The notes below the pieces were generated by a model. The model was not told the DNA's origin. It worked only from the letters and a program-made list of their open reading frames with translations, and made no database searches. A DNA stretch of 64,000 nucleotides from a virus (lineage: Duplodnaviria > Caudoviricetes): the IMG/VR virus record IMGVR_UViG_3300031857_023573, positions 128,001 to 192,000 of that record, one strand, 5' to 3'. Position 1 is the first letter of the stretch, and each line of letters begins with the position of its first letter. A program made the translations under genes and the position numbers. Below, piece after piece: positions 47,874-57,420 of the stretch.

Positions 47874-48839
47874 TCACATATCTGCGAAGAAATCATCCTC
47901 ATCTTCTGCCTTACTCGAAGAAGATGACGAAGAAGAAACAATTGATTCTTCAAAGTCAAAATCATCTGAAGTTGGTTTTGATTCAGTCTTAGAAGATACG
48001 AATCCTTGTGAAGACTTACCTGTCATAAAACCGATAATCTCATTGATTTTTCCCTGTTGAGTTTCGTCAAGTCTCTTAGGACCGAAATCTTCTAAATCGT
48101 GATCACGATCAACCAAGAAATCTTTAACCATAGTTTGAGCCTTAGCATCAATTTTACCATCTACGAGAGGTGCATTTTTGAAAATACCCTTTTCTTTGAA
48201 GTAAATTGGAAGAGAAGAAGCCTCTGGTTTAAACATAGACATTTTATAGTCTGGATATGTTTCATCACCAGTTTGAATTTCTTTTACCAAAAGAACAAAA
48301 TCCTTACCAGCTGAAAGATCAAATACATTACAAGAAACTCCTGAAATTTCTCCATTCTTTTCTGCTGAAATTTTATCTTTAATAGTCTTTCCGTATTGGA
48401 AAATCATAATTTTACCAACTAATTCAGGTTGTTGCTCGTCTTCAAGTACAAGTACATAAGAGTAATACTTTTTAGAGTATTTCAACATTTTTGCTCTTTC
48501 TTGAAGAATAGCATTTTTAGAATTAGTCAATTGGTAGTAAAGATCACTAAGAGCACACTTTTCACCAAAGTTCTTTGGACTATCAAAATATCCACAAAGT
48601 TCTTTTTGGTTTTTAATGTCTACATAGTGACTAATTTTTTCAAGAGCAAGTTGACCAACTTTACCTTCTTTTGTCAAATTTGGTAGGAATCGAACTACCG
48701 ATCGATATCCCTTTTTCTTGTCTTTTACTTTTGACAAATCAATACGATAGATACCATCAGTATTTGTTTTTGTCTGTTCATTCAAAAAATCCATTTTTGA
48801 ATCTAAATTGCCGAATAAATCATCATTCATTTCTGCCAT
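47874..48839 (-). CDS. Single-stranded DNA-binding protein, T4 gp32-like
   Basis: VVRFLP, EKCALS, KKYYSYVLVLED...GKIMIFQYGKTIKDKI, FDLSAGKDFVL, YPDY; acidic tail SSSSSSSKAEDEDDFFADM. Confidence 0.85.
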   Translation of the reverse strand: MAEMNDDLFGNLDSKMDFLNEQTKTNTDGIYRIDLSKVKDKKKGYRSVVRFLPNLTKEGKVGQLALEKISHYVDIKNQKELCGYFDSPKNFGEKCALSDLYYQLTNSKNAILQERAKMLKYSKKYYSYVLVLEDEQQPELVGKIMIFQYGKTIKDKISAEKNGEISGVSCNVFDLSAGKDFVLLVKEIQTGDETYPDYKMSMFKPEASSLPIYFKEKGIFKNAPLVDGKIDAKAQTMVKDFLVDRDHDLEDFGPKRLDETQQGKINEIIGFMTGKSSQGFVSSKTESKPTSDDFDFEESIVSSSSSSSSKAEDEDDFFADM

Positions 48840-48887
48840 AAATTGCCGTTAATTTTTAAATATTGAAACTTTATTATTTCAATTAAG

Positions 48888-48916
48888 ATTTATATCTTAC
48901 CCTATTGAAAAAGTTT
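48888..48916 (-). promoter_or_regulatory. Putative promoter AAACTTT-N15-TATAAAT for the SSB gene
   Basis: Minus strand reads AAACTTT TTCAATAGGGTAAGA TATAAAT. Confidence 0.45.
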
Positions 48917-49507
48917 AGTCAAAGTTGGAGTCAAACTTCCTTGTTCAAAAATTTGACAAAGTTTTCTATACTCATCATCGGAAACTCTCACAAAGGTTCC
49001 TTCAAATCCACATCGTGTCACTGCTTCGCCGGATTTTTCATCGATCCAATCTTCTGTCCACAGAGATTTTACTGGTCTAAATTCAGTTTGTGAGTACAGA
49101 GTTTTTAAACAATCTATTAGAATTGGTAATTTTTCTTTTTTAAATAGATATTCTTCAAAGTGTATGAATAAGAATTCATAACCGGATTCTTTACCAGATT
49201 CAATTAATTTTATTTTGCTTTCAGAGTCTAGATTAATTCTTATAAGTTTCGGACGTGTCGACAAGAAATCCGAACAATACTCTAATCGATGGTTACTTGT
49301 TTCAGTATCTAAAATATTTATCAATTTGTTGGTAGCACTTGACCAGTGCGTATCTTTAAAATAAAGATATCCATAGTCATAATCATCGATAAATGTGTCT
49401 ACTTCATCAGTAAAATCATAAAAGTAACTTTTAATTTCCTCTAAGTCAGGAAATTTGTCACTAAAGTTTTCAGATTCAAAAAGGTTAAATTTTTTTATAA
49501 TCATCAC
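48902..49507 (-). CDS. Hypothetical protein with N-terminal KKFNLFES motif
   Basis: 201 aa; member of the N-terminal motif set. Confidence 0.65.
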   Translation of the reverse strand: MMIIKKFNLFESENFSDKFPDLEEIKSYFYDFTDEVDTFIDDYDYGYLYFKDTHWSSATNKLINILDTETSNHRLEYCSDFLSTRPKLIRINLDSESKIKLIESGKESGYEFLFIHFEEYLFKKEKLPILIDCLKTLYSQTEFRPVKSLWTEDWIDEKSGEAVTRCGFEGTFVRVSDDEYRKLCQIFEQGSLTPTLTKLFQ

Positions 49508-50367
49508 ATTTTAAGTAAAATTTTTAAATCATAATCGTTAATATTTGGCAAATCTGCCTTCCATGGCCAAATTACGTCTTCATAGTCAAGTTCAGATAGA
49601 AGTGAAGGCATAACTTCTTCAAATCGAGTAGTTAATTCTTTTCCATCAATCTGATTATCATAATAAGCACTTATTCCGATATAAATTCCTGGTCTATAAA
49701 GTTCAAGTGAATTTTCTAAGTTATATTTCTGTTTATCATCTAGAAATCTACTAAGAGCTGATTGTGAGATTTTATCAATCTCTTCAATTTTAAATTTAAT
49801 CTTAGATATATTTTTCATAGACCACTTTGGTGAAGTTACATATACTTCATCATATGTTGTTCTTGATAGAAAAGTTCCTGATCTGGCACCTGCACTTGGT
49901 CCTTGTGCAATAAAAAGAGTTGATGAGAGTAAGCCTACCAAAAAATGTGAAATTAAAGACAGTTTCTCTGAGTTATCAATATTTTTACAGGTTATTAATC
50001 CGTTATATCTTCGTAATATATTCGACACATGAATGTCAACGTCAGCATATAGTGTACAAAGTGTCACAAATTTTGATTCCACAAATAGATATTCATCAAA
50101 TATATCTAATAATTTATCCTTTATAAAATCTAAATCGACATTTCCTAAACTTTGAACCAATTTTGTAAAATGACTGTCTATTTTACTCCACTCACCTTCT
50201 CCTAAAAAATGATTTACTTGGTTTTTTAGGTCTGACTCATTAATAGTCGAATTTAACATATATTTTTTGAGTGTATTAAACCACTCATATATAGAACCAA
50301 ACTCTGTATCAGTTCTATCTTGCCACATATCTGACTCTAAGAATGAATTATATTTTTTTATTTTCAT
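49504..50367 (-). CDS. Hypothetical protein with N-terminal KKYNSFLES motif
   Basis: 287 aa; member of the N-terminal motif set. Confidence 0.65.
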   Translation of the reverse strand: MKIKKYNSFLESDMWQDRTDTEFGSIYEWFNTLKKYMLNSTINESDLKNQVNHFLGEGEWSKIDSHFTKLVQSLGNVDLDFIKDKLLDIFDEYLFVESKFVTLCTLYADVDIHVSNILRRYNGLITCKNIDNSEKLSLISHFLVGLLSSTLFIAQGPSAGARSGTFLSRTTYDEVYVTSPKWSMKNISKIKFKIEEIDKISQSALSRFLDDKQKYNLENSLELYRPGIYIGISAYYDNQIDGKELTTRFEEVMPSLLSELDYEDVIWPWKADLPNINDYDLKILLKM

Positions 50368-50906
50368 ATTTCTATGGTTAGATCTGTATTGTTCGGTCTA
50401 GTATAAATAACTTTATTTACATTATTAAAATTATACTTATAATTTGGATCACAATATTTCTTTCCACATCCTGGTTTAGTATAAGCAAGTGTTATATGTG
50501 GATTATATTCTGGATACTTATCACTATTTGGAATACTAGACTTTAACTTATTATGTAAGTTAAGTAGATTATCATTTCGATCAACATTGAATTTTACAAC
50601 ATCATATTTAGGATTTTCAAAAAGGTCTATACCGTTAATATTCACTTCTAACTTATCTTTTAGAACTTCTCTTAAAATCGATTCTACTTCACTAACATCA
50701 ACGACACTTGTCACTGGGTAAAGTAGAGTCAAATGTGGGTGTTCTTGAATGCCATAGTTGTCACCTTCAGTTTCTTGATATAAATCATCTGGATTTATTT
50801 GTGATGTCAAGTCTTTCCAATTTTCGACTGGTACATGAACCATCACACATCCGTGATCATATCCTTGTGACTCTAGAAATTTTTCATATTTTAATAAAAA
50901 CTTCAT
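50364..50906 (-). CDS. 2H phosphoesterase (Acb1/T4 57B-like or LigT-like) with N-terminal KYEKFLES motif
   Basis: Two HxT motifs: HPHLTLLY and YNPHITLAY. Confidence 0.8.
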   Translation of the reverse strand: MKFLLKYEKFLESQGYDHGCVMVHVPVENWKDLTSQINPDDLYQETEGDNYGIQEHPHLTLLYPVTSVVDVSEVESILREVLKDKLEVNINGIDLFENPKYDVVKFNVDRNDNLLNLHNKLKSSIPNSDKYPEYNPHITLAYTKPGCGKKYCDPNYKYNFNNVNKVIYTRPNNTDLTIEI

Positions 50907-50907
50907 A

Positions 50908-51420
50908 CTATTTTAATTTAGTTTTGAAAGGACTCTTCAGGTGTTTAAGATTCCATCCAGGAATAAAATCTTTATTCTTTTTTTCAAAATCTTCATAAGA
51001 TTCAATTCCACTATCTACACAGTTTCTCTCGTATCCTAAGTTTGCTCCTTTTAATTTTGGAACACGGTCATCAATAGTAGTTGATTTTGTTGCTTTTCTT
51101 ATTTTTTCTAACTGCTTTACAGTTGATTCTCTCGGAAGTGCGCCTTCATTTTCTGACATAACAACTTCAATTGTACCATCTTCTTTAAATTTAGCGAAGT
51201 GAAATCTATCAACTATTGGTAATACTTTACCGACTAATTCTGATTCAATACTTTCTGGGCCAAAAGATTTAATAAATTTTCTACCGTTATCGTCTATAAC
51301 GAAGTCAAAATCTTGACCTGGATTTTTTTCAATAAGTGCTTTTATTCTGCTTTTTATTGATATAAACTCGTCAACTTTAGCTCCTTTGTAAGCTTTAAGT
51401 CTTGCTCTGATAATTTTCAT
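50908..51420 (-). CDS. Hypothetical basic protein
   Basis: 170 aa; first gene after a TAATATATA motif. Confidence 0.6.
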   Translation of the reverse strand: MKIIRARLKAYKGAKVDEFISIKSRIKALIEKNPGQDFDFVIDDNGRKFIKSFGPESIESELVGKVLPIVDRFHFAKFKEDGTIEVVMSENEGALPRESTVKQLEKIRKATKSTTIDDRVPKLKGANLGYERNCVDSGIESYEDFEKKNKDFIPGWNLKHLKSPFKTKLK

Positions 51421-51445
51421 TTTAAAAATATAATTTTAATTAGTT

Positions 51446-51454
51446 TATATATTA
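51446..51454 (-). promoter_or_regulatory. Putative late-promoter motif TAATATATA
   Basis: Exact motif 25 nt upstream of ATG 51420; heads the run containing three N-terminal-motif proteins. Confidence 0.45.
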
Positions 51455-51466
51455 AATGGTCTCTTC

Positions 51467-51494
51467 AAACTTTCTCACATCTTAAACTATAAAA
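51467..51494 (+). promoter_or_regulatory. Putative promoter AAACTTT-N14-TATAAAA
   Basis: Upstream of ATG 51517 and guaC. Confidence 0.4.
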
Positions 51495-51516
51495 TAGGTC
51501 TAAATATTTTATCAAA

Positions 51517-51831
51517 ATGAAAAGTGAAATTAAAATAGAATTTTCAAATAAAAAAGAACTGAAAAAACTTATCGATAAAGCTTACTTCGAGAATGGATAT
51601 AAAGGTAAACTTCTTACAAGTGAAAATTTTATTGAAATTACTCCAGAGGTAGACGATGTTCTTTACTCAGTAATTAAAGGTCTCAATAACGCAACAATTA
51701 AAGTCTCAAATTTAGATATAATCGACGGTAACTGTAGATTTATCGTAGATGATACAGGAGAAAATCCTAAAATCTATCCCATATCGATGTATTGTATTAT
51801 TGATGATAATAAAAAATATATCTTTTATTAA
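51517..51831 (+). CDS. Hypothetical protein
   Basis: 104-aa ORF upstream of guaC. Confidence 0.6.
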   Translation: MKSEIKIEFSNKKELKKLIDKAYFENGYKGKLLTSENFIEITPEVDDVLYSVIKGLNNATIKVSNLDIIDGNCRFIVDDTGENPKIYPISMYCIIDDNKKYIFY

Positions 51832-51834
51832 AAT

Positions 51835-52794
51835 ATGAAAAAATTTGATTTCGAAGAGGTTAACCTCGTGCCTAAAAAATGTGTTGTTGAGTCAAGAAGC
51901 GAGTGTGACTGTGGAGTAAATTTTGGAAAATTTACCTTCAAGCTTCCGATTGTTCCTGCAAATATGGAATGTGTGATCAATGAAGAAATCGCAATAAAAC
52001 TCGCAAAATCCGGATACTTTTATATCATGCACAGATTTGGAACTAATCCAGTTTCATTTACCGAAAAAATGAAAGAGTTAGGATTAGTTAGTTCAATCTC
52101 ACTTGGTGTCAATATCGACTCTTATGATACAATCGATGAAATTCACCTGGCAAATCAAGTAACTGGCTCAGACTATAGTCCAGATTTCATTACAATCGAT
52201 ATAGCACACGGCCATTCCATAAAAATGGAAAAAATGATTAAATATATCAAAGAAAAATTACCGAACACATTTATTATTGCTGGAAATGTCGCCAGTCAAG
52301 AAGCAATTAAAGATTTAGAAGAGTGGGGAGCAGATGCAACAAAGGTTGGAGTGGGTCCTGGTAGTGCATGTACAACTTGGCCTACAACTGGATTTGGTTC
52401 TAGAAATTGTCAAGCCTCAACTGTATATGAATGTTCACTTGTTGCTACAAAACCAATAGTTGCAGATGGTGGAGTTAGAGTTCCAGGTGATATTTCAAAA
52501 TCTCTAGTACTAGGAGCAACTATGGTAATGATAGGAGGAATGATGTCAGGATTCAAAGACTCTCCTGGCCATCTAGTTGATGTAAATGGGACTATAAAGA
52601 AAGAATTCTGGGGATCAGCCTCAAAGTTTCAAAGCGGTAAGACAAATAGAATTGAGGGAAAGAAAGTACTAATTGACTACAAAGATCGATCTATCTTAGA
52701 TGAAATGAAATACATCGAAGAGTGTCTTCAAAGTTCAATATCTTATGCTGGTGGTAAAGACCTGTCAGTTTTTAATACGGTAAAGTGGATTTAA
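51835..52794 (+). CDS. guaC: GMP reductase
   Basis: LPIVPANMECVI, YFYIMHRF, ITIDIAHGHS, IAGNVA, KVGVGPGSACTT (catalytic Cys), ADGG, EFWGSAS. Confidence 0.9.
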   Translation: MKKFDFEEVNLVPKKCVVESRSECDCGVNFGKFTFKLPIVPANMECVINEEIAIKLAKSGYFYIMHRFGTNPVSFTEKMKELGLVSSISLGVNIDSYDTIDEIHLANQVTGSDYSPDFITIDIAHGHSIKMEKMIKYIKEKLPNTFIIAGNVASQEAIKDLEEWGADATKVGVGPGSACTTWPTTGFGSRNCQASTVYECSLVATKPIVADGGVRVPGDISKSLVLGATMVMIGGMMSGFKDSPGHLVDVNGTIKKEFWGSASKFQSGKTNRIEGKKVLIDYKDRSILDEMKYIEECLQSSISYAGGKDLSVFNTVKWI

Positions 52795-53030
52795 ATCATG
52801 TTCCACAACTCAGTTTCGATATCTTTGTCAATTAAAGAATTATCAGAGTTGATCAATTCGAGTAAGTTGCTCATTTTAGTTTCTAAAATTGACCACTCTT
52901 TAGAAGTATAGATCTCAGAGAGATCATCATTATGTCTAATTGAGTCAAAAGGAAATTGAAATCCATCAGGAGTGACAAAAATTTGTGAGCAAATTTCTAC
53001 AAAAGATTCTTTTAACTTTTCTTCATTCAT
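52791..53030 (-). CDS. Hypothetical protein
   Basis: 79-aa acidic ORF. Confidence 0.55.
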   Translation of the reverse strand: MNEEKLKESFVEICSQIFVTPDGFQFPFDSIRHNDDLSEIYTSKEWSILETKMSNLLELINSDNSLIDKDIETELWNMI

Positions 53031-53065
53031 TCTTCTAATATACTAAAATTTTAGAGATTGTCAAC

Positions 53066-53563
53066 CTAAATATCAATAATTTTTATAACATCTAGTCCCT
53101 TTCTACCCGGTAATACTGTTATAATATTAATTTCATATTCATTCTTTAACCATTTTTCTAAGTTAAATTCGAAAATTATAGAAATATTATATTCTATTGA
53201 ATAAATTGAATATCTACCAGTATTAAGAACATCTTTTCCTAAATAGTCTGGAAAGATTATGTTTACCGTTTCTCTAAAGAAATTATTAAACTCCTCAACT
53301 GTCCTAAAAGTGGTTCTATCAGATATTCTTTTCTTTAAATCATGTTTAGATGTATCATTCCAATTTATTTTAAATTGAACTTTTTTATTATTAACTCTTT
53401 TTTTCAGAGTAATAAACTTTACTAGATTTTTGTCAAAATCAAAAGTAACATCTTTTAATTTCTGTATTTCAGAAGAAACATTATCATCTTTTGAGGACTT
53501 GATATTAAGTACATCACTTAATCTTACCTCATTGAACTTTTTGAATTTATATAGATGTTTCAT
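53066..53563 (-). CDS. Hypothetical protein with N-terminal MKHLYKFKKFNE motif
   Basis: 165 aa; directly downstream of the gp13-like gene. Confidence 0.65.
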   Translation of the reverse strand: MKHLYKFKKFNEVRLSDVLNIKSSKDDNVSSEIQKLKDVTFDFDKNLVKFITLKKRVNNKKVQFKINWNDTSKHDLKKRISDRTTFRTVEEFNNFFRETVNIIFPDYLGKDVLNTGRYSIYSIEYNISIIFEFNLEKWLKNEYEINIITVLPGRKGLDVIKIIDI

Positions 53564-53584
53564 TGTATTAAGTATCCATCCAGT

Positions 53585-54364
53585 TCACTTTTTCACAAGA
53601 TAAAAGAAACTTGAATTCGATTGTCCTTTAATTTCCTCCTCTGCTTCCTTAATTTCGTCTTTTCCTTGAGACATAATGTCAGCTGAATTGATTTTTACGC
53701 CACCTGGCAAAACGTAATCATAACGACCAGTCAAATTAGCATATTGAACTTTTGCCCATCCAGTAACATATTTTACAAAAAGATCGTCTTTAAACAAATA
53801 TTCAGCTGGAATATTCGCATAAGCCTCAAGGATCACATCGTATTTTACATTAGTAAGTATGTGAAGTCTGTGATGTAATTGATTAAAATGATATTTGAGA
53901 GTGTACTTATTCAACTGATTCATCATATCACTCATTGAATCAAGTATAGTTTTATATACTCCGAGTTCACCGATTGTTGTTACATATGATGATAAATAAG
54001 GCTGATTTGTAACCCCTAAATTTACTGATAAGTTAGGTGTATTAATACCGAGTTGAAATAAACTTTCACCTCTTGCTTCGTAGAGATAAACAACACTTTG
54101 TATTTCACAAGGTACAGTAACGTATCTATATTTTGTAAATTCTTCAGTTTGAAAGGCTTCTTTGTGAACTAGAAAATACATTTTTTGTACTGAATACTGG
54201 TAATTACGGTAGAAGTATGGTAGAGCTCTAGTCTCAATAATTCTTCTGATTTCAGAATCTGGTAAAACTTTTGGAAGTGCGCATCCTACTGTTAGTTCAT
54301 TTTGAACAAAGTCTATAAACTCTTCTATTGTGTAACCACTTTGATAAGGTACGTAATCAGACAT
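53585..54364 (-). CDS. Neck/head-tail adaptor protein, T4 gp13-like
   Basis: C-terminal FVKYVTGWAKVQYANLTGRYDYVLPGGVKINSADIMSQGKDEI parallels gp13 (WVKDYATALAK...MLPGGVTID). Confidence 0.75.
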   Translation of the reverse strand: MSDYVPYQSGYTIEEFIDFVQNELTVGCALPKVLPDSEIRRIIETRALPYFYRNYQYSVQKMYFLVHKEAFQTEEFTKYRYVTVPCEIQSVVYLYEARGESLFQLGINTPNLSVNLGVTNQPYLSSYVTTIGELGVYKTILDSMSDMMNQLNKYTLKYHFNQLHHRLHILTNVKYDVILEAYANIPAEYLFKDDLFVKYVTGWAKVQYANLTGRYDYVLPGGVKINSADIMSQGKDEIKEAEEEIKGQSNSSFFYLVKK

Positions 54365-54382
54365 TTAGTTATTAATTTTATT

Positions 54383-54391
54383 TATATATTA
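54383..54391 (-). promoter_or_regulatory. Putative late-promoter motif TAATATATA (gp13-like gene)
   Basis: Exact motif 18 nt upstream of ATG 54364. Confidence 0.45.
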
Positions 54392-54453
54392 GATTTATAA
54401 ATCAAGAAACAAATCACCGACATTTTATATATAACAATAAATGTTAAAAATCT

Positions 54454-56259
54454 ATGAGAGACCTAATTATTGAAATGGCGAATAGAAATATAGGATCTTT
54501 AGTTTTATTTTTAAAAAATCCTAAAAATCATCTTTACATAGAGTATATAAATAAAAATATACCTATTGAGGTACAAGATTTACAAACATCAGAAAAAATA
54601 TATTACTTTGTTAATGATTTAAAGAGTATACATCTCTGTAGTTGCGGGAAACACAAGTCTTTCATTGGATTCAAAAATGGATATCGACAAACTTGTGGTG
54701 ATATGAAGTGCACAGTTAATAAAAGGAGAGAAACATGTATTCAAAAATGGGGTGTGGATAATCCGAAAAAATCTAAAGAGGTTATTGATCGTGAAAAACA
54801 GAATATTTTAGATAAATGGAATGGTGATCATTACATGAAAAATGAACAAGTGAGAAAAAAGTTCAATAGTACAATGGTTGAAAGATGGGGTGTCGAATGG
54901 GCTCAACAATCTGAAGAGATATCAAATAAAAGTAGAGAGACTTTTGAGAATAATGATAATAGAGAACAAATAATTGAAAATAGAACCAGTTCACTAATTA
55001 ATAAATCGAAATCAGAAAAGAAACAAATAGAGCAGAAGAAAAAGAAGACAATAGAAGATAAATTTGGAAGTTACGATAATTTTGTAAATTTTAGAAATGA
55101 TAAAATAAGACAAAAATCTTTGAAAAATTGGGGAGTTGATCATCACTTGAAAAGTAAAGAGATCATTGATAAACGTATTGAGTCTTATAAATTCAATATT
55201 GTTTCGAAAATTAAAGAGAACTTACCAGAAAATATCATCTTTATTGACAAGCGGGAAAATCTAAATAAGACTGATTCAGTTTTAAGATTTATGTGTAATA
55301 ACTGTTCAAATGAATTTGAAATGAATAGACAATTGTTTCAATTCAGAAAACTATCTAAAGAAGAAATTTGTATTAACTGTAACCCAATATTGGTTGGAAA
55401 ATCAAAGAAAGAAGGAGAAATTTTCGAATTTATTAGTCAGGTCTATAGTGGTATAGTTCTAAGAAATCATAAAGGTATAATTTCTAAAGAGCTCGATATA
55501 TACATACCTGATTTGAAGTTATCATTTGAATTTAATGGACTTTATTGGCACTCAGAGCTTTATCGAGATAAAAATTATCATCAAGAAAAGTCTAAAGAAT
55601 GTATTAATAATGGTATAGAACTAGTACACATCTGGGAAGATGAGTGGGACTTCAAAAGTGAAATAATTAAATCGATGATACTAAATAAATTAGGATCATC
55701 GAAAAAGATATGGGCGAGAAGTTGTGAAGTCAAAGAAATTGAAGATAACAAATTAATTACTGAATTCTTAAATAAAAATCATATCCAAGGAAGTGTCGGG
55801 TCCAAATATAAAATTGGTCTATTTTATAATGATGAATTGGTCTCGTTGATGACATTTGGTAATCTAAGAAGATCATTAGGCCATAAATCTAAGACTGATC
55901 ATTATGAATTAATTAGGTTTTGTAACAAATTAGGAGTGAGCGTTATCGGAGGTGCTTCTAAATTACTGAGTTATTTTATAAAAAAATATAATCCAGTAGA
56001 ACTACTAAGTTACTCAGATAACTCAAAAGGTCTAGGTGGTCTTTATGAAAAACTTGGATTTGAACTAGTAGGTGAAACTGAACCAAACTATTATTGGGTA
56101 GTGGATGGCTTTAGAAAACATAGATTTAACTTCCGAAAAGACAAGTTAGTCAAAAATAACTTTGATAAAAATAAGTCAGAAGTTCAAATTATGACAGAGA
56201 TGGGATATTATAGAATATTTGATTGTGCTAGTAAAAAATGGTCAAAAAAAATAATTTAA
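54454..56259 (+). mobile_element. Free-standing homing-endonuclease-like gene (Hef/Vsr-like nuclease domain with WGVxx DNA-binding repeats)
   Basis: Repeats KWGVDNP, RWGVEWA, NWGVDHH; CSCG and CxxC...CxxC Zn motifs; ELDIYIPDLKLSFEFNGLYWHS...LVHIWEDEW nuclease core; C-terminal domain ending RIFDC. Confidence 0.75.
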
Positions 56260-56307
56260 ACAAACCATATGAATTGTGTCTATAAATAATAAAAATATAC
56301 CCAAAAT

Positions 56308-57420
56308 ATGAAAACTATTGGTCTATGTATGATTGTAAAAAATGAGGCTCACGTTATCACAAGATGTATTGAGTCAGTAAAAAGAATCATAGACTATGTT
56401 TTAATTGTCGATACTGGTTCAGACGATGGAACTCCTGAGACAATTCAGAATTGGTTGGTAGAAAATAATTTTCCTGGACAGGTGGTAATTGAACCTTGGC
56501 AAAATTTCGCCTATAATCGTTCTTTCGCACTTGCAAAATTAAGAGAAGTCGAGCATATTGATTACGCATTAATGATTGATGCTGATGAGATATTGGTTTT
56601 CAATGAAGACTTTAATCCTGAATCTTTTAAAGAGTCACTTTGGGCGGATATCTATGACATTACCACTAATATGGGTGGTTTCATTTATAAAAGGCCTCAG
56701 CTTACTTCAAATCGTAGAATGTCGAAATATGATGGTGTAGTTCATGAGTTTTTATCACTTGAGGATGGTGGGTCAAGAGACCATGCAAATGGATTTCACA
56801 ATAGTCCAATTCAAGATAGTGCAAGAAACAGAAGTGGAAATAAATTTGAAAATGATGCTAAACTTCTTGAAGAAGCTCTGAAGGGTGATATTTCAGATTG
56901 GTTCAGATCAAGATATACCTTTTACTTAGCACAGTCTTATAGAGATTCTGGTAGACCTGAGTTGTCATTAGAAAAATATTTAGAAAGAGCAGACCAAGGT
57001 TTTTGGAATGAAGAAATTTATGTGAGTCTATATAACGCTGGAAATATCATGAAAGGTCTAAACTATCCGAAGGATCAAATTCTTCAGACTTATTTAAGAG
57101 CGTATGAGGTTTGTCCTCATAGAGTTGAAGTTCTTCACGCGGCCGTACAATATTGTAGAATTCACGGTATGAATCAGCAAGGATATATGATCGGAAAACA
57201 TGGTATAACAATTCCCCTTACTGATACATCTCTTTTTGTTGAGTCATGGGTTTATGATTATGGACTACTTGATGAATTTTCGATTGTTGCTTTTTGGGCA
57301 GGTCATTTTGAAGAGTCTAAAACTGCCTGTGAGAGACTCTTAAACGAAGGTAAAATCCCGGCACATTACATGGACAGGGTTAAATCAAACCTACAATTTG
57401 CCATTGACAGGCTTAGTTAA
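56308..57420 (+). CDS. GT2 glycosyltransferase with C-terminal TPR-like repeats
   Basis: [40 protein letters not shown] (DxD), [17 protein letters not shown]. Confidence 0.88.
   Translation: MKTIGLCMIVKNEAHVITRCIESVKRIIDYVLIVDTGSDDGTPETIQNWLVENNFPGQVVIEPWQNFAYNRSFALAKLREVEHIDYALMIDADEILVFNEDFNPESFKESLWADIYDITTNMGGFIYKRPQLTSNRRMSKYDGVVHEFLSLEDGGSRDHANGFHNSPIQDSARNRSGNKFENDAKLLEEALKGDISDWFRSRYTFYLAQSYRDSGRPELSLEKYLERADQGFWNEEIYVSLYNAGNIMKGLNYPKDQILQTYLRAYEVCPHRVEVLHAAVQYCRIHGMNQQGYMIGKHGITIPLTDTSLFVESWVYDYGLLDEFSIVAFWAGHFEESKTACERLLNEGKIPAHYMDRVKSNLQFAIDRLS

Noticed and set aside
56281-56288. Exact T4 late promoter TATAAATA
   Set aside because: Not taken as evidence of T4-type late control, because structural genes use TAATATATA instead; better explained as the -10 part of the bipartite motif.
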